Positions 1 through 8,171 of a stretch of DNA of 27,876 nucleotides are shown here, piece by piece. Origin of the DNA: Malacoraja senta. Taxonomy: Eukaryota. A model generated the notes under the pieces. That model was not told the origin of the DNA. It worked only from the letters and a program-made list of their open reading frames with translations, and did not search any database. Both the position numbers and the translations under genes were made by a program. The stretch lies in assembly GCA_038087875.1 (NCBI GenBank), contig JAXLNO010000326.1, positions 124,001-151,876 on the forward strand, written 5' to 3'. Each line of letters opens with the position of its first letter. The first letter of the stretch is position 1.

Positions 1-1508
1 ACCTGCTAGGAGGAATCTCATATCTTCTAGATGTAACAATTCCGACATATTAGAAGTCCACATTTTTATTGTTGGCGTAGGAGCATTTTTCCAAAATTTC
101 AGTATTAATTTTTTTGCCGTTATTAAGCCATAACTAAGAAAACTCCTTTGAAACGAAGTCAGCTCCAAAGTTGCTTCTATTGTTCCAAAAATAATCAGTT
201 CTGCATTCGGTTTCAGTTTTATTTTAAATAATTTAGTGAAAATTTCAAAAATTTCATTCCAAAATTTTTGAATTTTTATACAAAAAAACAAAAGAATGTG
301 CTATAGTTGATTCTTGGACTAGGCATTTATCACAGTTTGCAGAGGTATTTGGATAAAATTTACTTAATTTAGTTTTTGAATAATATAATCTATGTAAAAT
401 TTTAAATTGAATCAGAGTATGTCTTACGTTAATCGAACATTTATGCACATATAATAGATGTTTATCCCAACTCTCTTTCGAGATTTTTATAGCCAATTCC
501 GGTTCCCATTCTCTTCTGATCCCGTCCGATGATGGAATTTCTATATTTAAAATGGAATTATATAGGTATGATATTAAATTAGCTGATTCCCCTTTTATAT
601 TCATTATCCCAACTAATAAGTCAGGAGAGATATTTTGATATTCCCGTGTATACTTTTTCAAATAGTCACGTAGTTGGAAATATTTAAAATATTGATTATT
701 ATTCAAGTTATATTTAAGTTGTAATTGGTGAAATGTTAAAAAAAACTACCATTATCATACATATCTCCAAACGTTTTAATTCCTGCTCTTTCCCAATTTA
801 TAAAAGCTCTATCTATCATAGGTTTAGACGGATTATTCATTATAGGTAAAAGAAGTGATAGATTTCTTAATTTTAACGATAATTTTATTTGTTTCCAAAT
901 TCTAATTGTACTGTGAATAATTGGATTTTTACTATATATTGTATTCTTTATTTTTGTTGGTGAGAGAAGGATCGCTCCTATGTTAAAAGGGGAGCAGTCC
1001 TCTCTCTCCATTACTATCCAATGCACCTGCTGGGCCGAATTGTCCAACAGGTGAATCATATTTTTGACATTTGTGGCCCAGTAATAATTTAAAAAATTGG
1101 GGAGTGATAATCCACCAAATTCCTTAGGTTTACACAAATGTTTTCTTTGGATTCTGTGGGATTTATAGTCCCATATAAAATTTGTAATATCAGCATCCAA
1201 TTAAAAAAAAAAATTGGGGTAAGTATATCGATTGACTGGAATAGATATAAAATTTGTGGTAAAAAGATCATTTTTATAGCATTTATTCAGCCTATAAGAG
1301 ACATCGGGAGGGTTTTCCAGAATGTAATCAGTGTGTTTAGTTTATTGAGTAAGGGCATATAGTTTGCATTAAATAGAGACTTATATTTTCTAGTAATTTT
1401 AATTCCCAAATATTTTAATTTTTCTACGGCGATTTTAAAAGGGAATTTTAACAGGTTCCTGAGGTTTAATCGGAATAATTTCACTTTTATTCCAATTTAT
1501 TCTATATC
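1..1508 (-). mobile_element. L1-clade LINE, 5'-truncated ORF2 C-terminal part, frameshifted, running off the window start
   Basis: Minus ORFs 1287-1484, 736-1200 and 254-706 read KYLGIKIT, FIWDYKSHRI..FGGLSLPNF and the Cys-rich CDKC..HSF motif. They are collinear with the L1 ORF2 at 11.3-12.8 kb. Homology starts at YRINWNKSE near 1508. Confidence 0.93.
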
Positions 1509-2625
1509 TTGCACTGCCATTTAATATGATCATGGCTGATCATCCAACTCAGTATCCTGTATCTGCCTTCTCTCCATACCCCCTGATCCCTTTAGCCACA
1601 AGGGCCACATCAAACTCCCTCTTAAATATAGCCAATGAACTGGCCTCATCTACTTTCTGTGGCAGAGAATTCCACAGATTCACCACTGTGTGTGAAATTT
1701 TCTCATCTCGGTTATCCTTATCCTTAAACTGTGACCCCTTGTTCTGGACTTCCCCAACATCTGGAACAATCTTCTTGCATCTAGCCTGTCCAACCCCTTA
1801 AGAATTCTGTAAGTTTCTATAAGATCCCCCCTCAATCTCCTAAATTCCAGCAAGTACAAGCCGATTCTATCCAGTCTTTCTTCATATGAAAGTCCTGCCA
1901 TCCCAGGAATCAGTCTGGTGAACCTTCTCTCTACTCCCTCTATGGCAAGAATGTCTTTCCTCAGATTAGGAGACCAAAACTGTACGCAATATTCCAGGTG
2001 TGGTCTCACCAAGGCCCTGTATAACTGCAGTAGAACCTCCCTGCTCCTATACTCAAATCCTTTTGCTATGAATGCTAACATACCATTCGCTTTCTTCACT
2101 GCCTGCTGCACCTGCATGCCTACTTTCAATGAGTGGTGCACCATGACACCCAGGTCTCGTTGCATCTCCCCTTTTCATAATCGGCCGCCATTCAGATAAT
2201 AGTCTACTTTCCTGTTCTTGCCACCAAAGTGGATAACCTCACATTTATCCACATTATACTGCATTTGCCCACGCACCCAACCTATCCTCTCACCCAACCT
2301 ATTGCAGCCTCCTAGCATCCTCCTCACAGTTAACACTGCCACCCAGCTTAGTGTCATCCGCAAACTTGGAGATGTTGCAGTCAATTCCCTCGTCCAAATC
2401 ATTAATATATATTGTAAATAGCTGGGGTCCCAGCACTGCGCCTTGCGGTAGGTACTCCACTAGTCACTGCCTGCCATTCTGAAGAGGACCCGTTTACTCC
2501 TACTCTTTGCTTCCTGTCTGCCAGCCAGTACTCTACCACATTAATACTGAACCGCCAATACCGTGTGCTTTAAGTTTGCACACTAATCTCTTATGTGGGA
2601 CGTTGTCGAAAGCCTTATGAAAGTC
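1509..2625 (-). mobile_element. CR1 LINE fragment (RT C-terminus plus part of the 3' UTR), 5'-truncated and cut at its 3' end by the L1
   Basis: Minus strand reads DFHKAFDNVPH near 2625, then KCEVIHFG, QRDLGV and [19 protein letters not shown], followed by CR1-type 3' UTR sequence. No terminal tandem repeat is present. Confidence 0.93.
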
Positions 2626-2956
2626 TTCTGAAGCCTTCTGAAACCCTGAACATTGAGCCATTTAGTAAGTGTAAAACAAACTGAGACATTTGCTTTGACT
2701 CCAGCAGACTGCTCAGCTCATTCAACACATCAAGTGTTGGTTGCAACGTTATACAAGTGTGTGTGATGGATGTGCAACATGAATCTCCAGCAACACATCC
2801 AATGACAAAACGCAGCAGCTGTTTCTCAACATGACTTTTCTGCTTCAAACTATCACTGGGACACATTTACTCATAACAATAAATTCAATGTGCTGCTGAC
2901 AGACAAGAACACATCTAATTCAATGGGGGAATTTAACCCGTCTCTCCCCAAGATTA

Positions 2957-3921
2957 GACCCGTCTACTGGGGAGCGGCGGACAAAATACTCACCGATGGA
3001 TGGATGGATGGATGTCAATCTGCTGTCGTCGCTCCCCGGCCCGGAGTCTCCCCGCCCGCCCGCCCGGACAGCGGGGCCCCGCTCCCCACAGCAGCCCTGA
3101 AAGGCCTGTCTCACGAATCTGCGGTCATTGGCGGCGAAACGGGAAGAATCTGCCGCCATAGACCGCGCACTTGTGAGAAAGAACAATTCCCGGGCCGTGC
3201 GACGGTGTTCCCAACACCGCGCGGTGCAAAAATAAAATCGACAATGTCGAAAACACTATACTCACCGCACAACCTCCACCAGTGATGCACGAGTGCGCAC
3301 GGCCGCTCGCACGGGCCGCCGCCAGTGTGGGTCGAGCGCCGTGCGTCAAACCTCCTCTGCCACAGCCTCCGCCAGTGACGCACGTGCCGCCGCCAGTGAG
3401 GCACGTGTGCTGCGCGGCCGCAGGCACAGCCACCGCTACAGCGCCGCGATCAGGATGGCCGCCGCCACAGCCGCCGCTGGTGAGTCACGTGCGGGGGGCC
3501 GACGTCATCGCAGTCGGCCCGCCCTTTTTTTACTTACCGCAAGCACGTGGGACCCGCCGTGTTTGAATTAACTCGGCCCCCGCCCAACATCCGTGCGGCG
3601 CTCCGGTGGATAGGCTCGACGCTCTCGCCGTTGCCGCGCGGTCCTCGCTACCGTCTACACCGCGCTTCACCGCCGATGACCGCAAACAGGTAAGACACGG
3701 CCTTGAGTCTCCCCACCCGCCCGGACTGCCGTAGTTAAGATGGCCGCCCATGGCTTCACTCCCATTGAATTCAATAAGACTGCCGCAGTTAAGATGGCCA
3801 CCTATGGCTTCACTCCTATTGGCTTCAATGGACCCGTCCACTGGGGAGCGGCGGACAAAATACTCACCGATGTCAATCTGCTGTCGTCGCTCCCCGCCCG
3901 GACAGCGAGGCCCCACTCCCC
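2957..3921 (+). repeat. Dispersed direct repeat of about 90-130 bp (2957-3087 and 3831-3921)
   Basis: GACCCGTC(T/C)ACTGGGGAGCGGCGGACAAAATACTCACCGATG..TCAATCTGCTGTCGTCGCTCCCC..GCCCGGACAGCG occurs twice. The first copy has a (GATG)n expansion and an extra insert. Confidence 0.92.
3724..3829 (+). repeat. 54-bp tandem duplication (2 copies)
   Basis: GACTGCCGYAGTTAAGATGGCCRCCYATGGCTTCACTCCYATTG..TTCAAT starts at 3724 and again at 3778. Confidence 0.92.
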
Positions 3922-4154
3922 CGGCCTGGACAGTGGAGTCCCTCTACTCGCCTCTTCCTGCTCCCCCAGCCCGTGGCCTCCCTCTTCTCTTCTCTTCTCT
4001 CTTCCCCCGCTGCGGCCACAACCCGCCGCCGCTTCAACAGGTCGGTCGGCAGGAAGGAAGGAAGCGCCGCCCATCCGGTGACTTGCCAGACTGTGCACAT
4101 GCGCACTGCGTCATCAAGGCGGGGGGCGGGGCCGAGTCCGTCACCGGGAAGTAA

Positions 4155-4323
4155 ACCCGCAGATGCTGCAAATGTGAAATAAAGATCCACAGATGCTGCA
4201 AATCTGAAATAAAGATCCACAGATGCTGCAAATCTGAAATAAAGACCCGCAGATGCTGCAAATCTGAAATAAAGACCCGCAGATGCTGCAAATCTGAAAT
4301 AAAGACCTGCAGATGCTGCAAAT
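4155..4323 (+). repeat. 30-bp minisatellite, about 5.6 copies
   Basis: Unit ACCCGCAGATGCTGCAAATCTGAAATAAAG. AGATGCTGCA recurs at 4161, 4191, 4221, 4251, 4281 and 4311 with no spacers. Confidence 0.97.
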
Positions 4324-4504
4324 TAGGCTGTGGGCCAAACATCAAAATGTGTCTAGAAATCAATTTTCGTGACCCACGTCTCAGAACCACATGACATTTT
4401 GCACAGGTTTAGATGAAATATAATTGAGAAGGAAGTCATCTCGTCGGTGCCAAAAGTTGCACATTAATTAATTAAACTAATTAGAAAATGAGATCGGAAA
4501 AGTA

Positions 4505-4519
4505 AGCGCCATCTAGTGT
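4505..4519 (-). promoter_or_regulatory. Candidate CTCF core motif
   Basis: Minus strand ACACTAGATGGCGCT closely matches the CTCF core CCACYAGRKGGCRC. Motif match only. Confidence 0.4.
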
Positions 4520-4590
4520 CCAATGCCCATATTACACCATGGGGAGCCTATTTCCGTGTTGCAGTCTATTTAAACTATATTATTATACCA

Positions 4591-4688
<98 letters not shown>
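4591..4688 (+). repeat. (TATC)n / (GATA)n microsatellite
   Basis: About 24 uninterrupted TATC units. Confidence 0.98.
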
Positions 4689-4689
<1 letters not shown>

Positions 4690-4717
4690 ATAGAATATAT
4701 ATAATTATGTATAATTG

Positions 4718-4749
4718 TGATTACAGTCATATTCAAGTCATATATATAT

Positions 4750-4801
<52 letters not shown>

Positions 4802-4819
4802 TGAATATGACTGTAATCA
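4718..4819. repeat. Perfect 23-bp inverted repeat around a (TA)n tract
   Basis: TGATTACAGTCATATTCAAGTCA (4718-4740) and TGACTTGAATATGACTGTAATCA (4797-4819) are exact reverse complements. The 56-bp spacer is almost pure TA. Confidence 0.95.
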
Positions 4820-5337
4820 TATATAATTATGTATAATTGTATTCTCTAAAAATAATATAATGAATATAATTGTGAGGTTTTTTTGAATGAGACTGCCGCA
4901 GAGGTCCTCTTGAACCAGCCTAATTAATAGGTCAGGGCAGTTCTTCTGGGTTCCCCATTTACTGAACCCCACTGACTGCCAGTGTGCAGAATGGGGGTCA
5001 CGGCCATAGTGGGACTGAGGCAGTGCCAGGCTGGAGGAAGCCTAAGGCAGGAAAATGCCCCCTAACCCTAACTCGCCCCCCCTCCCAGAGCTGCCCAAGG
5101 CTGGAGCTGGAGTCGGTTTGGGACCGGCTGCGGGTTCCGTACGTGTGGCCCCGCAGCGCGTCCATCTCGGCCAGCATGCCCTTCTGGTGGTGGCAATGGA
5201 GGGGGGTAGCACAGCCTTGCACGTCGCCCGGGCCGCCTTCAGCAACCAGATAGCGCCGGCTCCATCAGACCGCCTGCTCGCTTGCTGCAACACCGGCCGG
5301 CCGCCGACAGCCCGACCAACTCCTCGCAGCACTCACC

Positions 5338-5543
5338 GGAGGCCCGGCCCAACGCTCACCTCCCGGCGGCCCAACCATCACCTCCCGGCGGCCGAACCCT
5401 CACCTCCCGGCGGAGGCCCGGCCCAACCCGCACCTCCCGGCGGCCCAACGCACACCCCCCGGTGGAGGCCCGACCCAAGGCTCACCTCCCGGCGGCCCAA
5501 CCCTCACCTCCCGATGGAGGCCCGGCCCAACGCTCACCACCGA
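5338..5543 (+). repeat. GC-rich minisatellite with 22-bp and 31-bp unit variants
   Basis: Core GGCCCAAC(G/C)CTCACCTCCCGGC is repeated about 8 times, some copies preceded by GGAGGCCC. Confidence 0.9.
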
Positions 5544-5550
5544 CGGCCCG

Positions 5551-5612
5551 ACCGACAGATTGACAGACAGACAGACTGATAGACTGACTGACAAACAGAC
5601 TGACAAACAGAC
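5551..5612 (+). repeat. (GACA/GACT)n degenerate microsatellite
   Basis: GACAGACAGACAGACTGATAGACTGACTGACAAACAGAC... Confidence 0.85.
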
Positions 5613-5736
5613 GGACCCAAATCCTAACCCTAGCTCTATATTTGTTATTTATCATTTTTATTAACCAGTTTACACATTATAACATTATAAAGATAAATCA
5701 AATGAAAAACAAAATTATCAGCAAGGTTAGCATTAC

Positions 5737-5845
5737 CTTTATCCTTGGAAGCCATGCTATTGCTATTGATGTAATGAGGAGGCAGCCATGATCCCAGCGT
5801 CCTCGCTGCCTAGCGACCATAAAACAAAGCACGGGATTGGCCAAT
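5737..5845 (-). promoter_or_regulatory. Candidate promoter (RFX X-box plus CCAAT box) and short first coding exon (MASKDK)
   Basis: Palindromic ATTGGCCAAT at 5836-5845. X-box-like GTCGCTAGGCAGC (minus, 5805-5817). AGCATGG start at 5755 followed by the donor AAG|GTAATG at 5737/5736. Confidence 0.35.
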
Positions 5846-5920
5846 TTGCGTCTGACCACAATGTCAAACGTGCATTGATTTGGCAATTACTACAGAATAT
5901 TTGAGGTTTTTCTTATCATA

Positions 5921-6165
5921 TCTATCTATATACTTTTAAAATTCTGTGTGTGTGTGCGTGTGTGTGGGTGTATTTCATTTTGATTTTGCCTTTGATTCGT
6001 TACTGCGCGAAAACCAGGCACAAAAACGCCGAGATTTTTACCATTTCGCTAGCGATTTTACTTTTACATTCGCAAATCCACTCATTAAATTTAGTCATTT
6101 TTAATAAAATCCTTCACAAAACGTACTCTTTTCTTTAAATCAGCAGCTGCCGATGTCACAAAGCC
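5921..6165 (+). mobile_element. Probable 5' end of a non-autonomous Helitron
   Basis: Starts A|TCTATCTATATACTTTTAAAA, then a (GT)n tract, a layout typical of Helitron 5' termini. No 3' hairpin/CTAG end was found. Confidence 0.45.
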
Positions 6166-6169
6166 CTTG

Positions 6170-6908
6170 CACTCGCGGCTGCCGCACGGCTCTCCTCCAT
6201 CTGTCTGTCTTTTTTTCCTTTTTGTCCTGTTAAGTGTATGTTTTGGTTGTAGTTTATATATTATTCTTAGCTGCGTATATGTGTGGGGGGCGGGGATGGG
6301 GGAAACTTTTAAATCTCTTCCCTGTACGGGAACCCGAGTTTTTCCCTGTCGGGTCTCCGTTGTCGTTTGGGCCTAGCACCGTGGAGCGGCCTCCAACCGG
6401 AATCTGTGGGGGCGCGCGGCTGCGACCTGACTTCGGAGCTCGGAGGCTCCAGCCACAGGCCCGGTGGACGGTAACATCGGGAGCTCGCGGGTCCCTGGTG
6501 GGAGACCGCTTTTCGGAGCTCCCGCAATGGCAACTTCTCCCGCCCGAATCGCGGGGTTAAAAACAACCCGGAGCGGGGCCTTACATCGCCCGGCACGGTC
6601 TTAACGGCCGCGGGACTTACCATCGCCCGCCAGGGGCTCCAATATCAAGACCCGGAGCAGGGCCTTACATCGCCCGGGACTTACCATCGCCCGCCAGGGG
6701 CTTTAACATCAGGAGAAGTATAAAGGACAGGGGAGAGAAAAGACTTTGCCTTCCATCACAGTGAGGAGGTGTTTGGAGATTCACTGTGATGGATGTTTGT
6801 GTTAATTGTGTGTCTTGGTTTTGTCTTGTTCATATAACTGCAGAAACGAAATTTCGTTTGAACTTAGGTTCAAATGACGATAAAAGTAATCTTATCTTAT
6901 CTTATCTT
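6170..6908 (+). mobile_element. Non-coding SINE-like retroelement with a Rex1/Babar-type 3' tail
   Basis: GC-rich body with internal duplications (6566-6593 vs 6650-6677; 6612-6636 vs 6676-6700). Ends ATTTCGTTTGAAC-TTAG-GTTCAAATGACGATAAAAG plus (ATCTT)n, resembling the 3' end of the Rex1 copy at 20830-20900. The 5' boundary is approximate. Confidence 0.7.
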
Positions 6909-7089
6909 CCGGTAGCGCCATGGAACACTAAGGGCGCTGCATTGAGCTCCGCTCCCGTAAAATCGCTAAAAAGACGTTTTAAAGTCGGGACCGAATCTAA
7001 AAATAACTCACCGGAGTTGTTTGGCGTCGCATAAGGGTGACATCATCAGAAAACGACGCTAAAATCGATGTAAAAATCGGGACTTTTAA

Positions 7090-8171
7090 ATGAGAAGAGA
7101 GAAAAGCTCACGAGCACCAAAGAAATCTACTATAAGTCTCCAGCTTGAAATAGGTTTGGATACTCTGCAAACAACAGAAGAAGGCTCAGAAGAAGAGTCT
7201 TACAGCCAAGGAGCTGTGCTGGAAATGGCTGCAAAAGGAGAAAAGAAGGAGAAGGAGGTAAAGCAAATGCTTTTAGAAATGACTGCTACAATTAATAGAA
7301 CACTGGAAAAGATGCAGAGTATGGTGACTAAGATGCAGAATATGGAGACTAATATGGAGATATTCTCTCATAAAATTGATAATGCTTGTGCTGAGTTAAA
7401 GGAGCTGAAGAAGCAACATAATGAGTTTGATAAAAAACTTAAATCAGAATTTGTTAGAATCGAAAATGATTAGAATAAGAAATTTACCGGTGTAAATGCT
7501 AAGATGGACAACATTGATGAGAGAATGGAAGAGATGGAAAATGATATGAAAGAGATGATTACGGAAATAAATAGTTTGAAAAAATCAAAGAAAGATGAAG
7601 CAGAAAAACTTGCAAGAATGACTGACAAATGTTTGGACTTGGAAGCGAGATCGAGAAGGCAGAATTTGAGAATTGTTGGAGTAAGAGAAGGGCGAGAAGG
7701 ACATGTATCTCAAACACGTACTTTCATTGCTGACTTACTCAAAGATGTTTTTAAACTGCCGGAAGAATTAAGAATAGATATTGTTCACCGAGTTGGACGT
7801 GTCTCAAGAGGCATAAATGCTGCTCCAAGACAGATAATTGTGATTTTTTCTCGATATCTCTTCAGTGGAACATACTGAATAAGGTTGTTCATGGGGTGAA
7901 TTTGCTATATTGTGGGGATAATATTCGATTTTTCCGTGATTATCCTCCGGAGGTCGTCCAGAGAAGGAACTTGTTTACACAGACAAGAAACATATTGAGG
8001 GGTATATCCAAGGTCAGATATGGGGTGGTTTTCCCAGCAAAAATGAAAATTACTTATAACGGAACTGAGCGCTCATTTATGGATCCCGAAAAAGCATTTA
8101 AGTATGCAGAAGATATCGTGAGAAAAGCATCGAAGACATCGGAAGAAGAGGTCGAAGAGGAGGAACAGTGA
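7090..8171 (+). pseudogene. L1 ORF1p (coiled coil, RRM, CTD), disrupted
   Basis: Heptad-rich N-terminus, DLEARSRRQNLRIVGVREG, IRFFRDYPPEV..RR and YGVVFPAKMKITYNG. In-frame TAG at 7471-7473 and a frameshift near 7860. Confidence 0.92.

Larger units (their letters stand above)
2950..4155. promoter_or_regulatory. CpG-island-like region with promoter motifs and several consensus 5' splice donors
   Basis: Very GC- and CpG-rich. CACGTG at 3381, 3402, 3486, 3544; YY1-like AAGATGGCC at 3737 and 3791; GC boxes near 3576 and 4124; NRF1-like TGCACATGCGCA near 4094; ETS-like GGGAAGT near 4146. Minus donors CG|GTRAGTA at 2993, 3265, 3537, 3867; plus donor CAG|GTAAGA at 3690. Confidence 0.5.

Noticed and set aside
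3528..3545. TACTTACC resembling the U1 snRNA 5' end (also ACTTACC at 6615 and 6679)
   Set aside because: No U1 body, Sm site or PSE follows. Better read as minus-strand splice donors.
4155..4323. CRISPR-like array, or zinc-finger-like ORF (CSIC repeats)
   Set aside because: Units are head-to-tail with no unique spacers and there are no cas genes. The CxxC pattern is just translation of the 30-bp repeat.
2890..4390. Many overlapping 70-135-aa ORFs in the CpG island
   Set aside because: Expected from stop-codon scarcity in GC-rich DNA. Low-complexity Pro/Arg/Ala/Gly products with no domain motifs.
4516..4799. ORFs rich in YLSI / YI repeats, and the 258-aa and 186-aa SL-repeat ORFs at 18610-19418
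   Set aside because: They are translations of (TATC)n, (TA)n and (CT)n microsatellites.
5055..5635. CCCTAA telomere-like units
   Set aside because: Only 1-2 units at each site, too short to call an interstitial telomeric array.
6914..6931. Strong-Kozak upstream ORF (ATG GAA CAC TAA) at the L1 5' end
   Set aside because: Only three codons and very near the presumed cap. It overlaps the usual CTTCCGG..GCGCCATGG promoter-type motif, so there is no evidence of a separate role.
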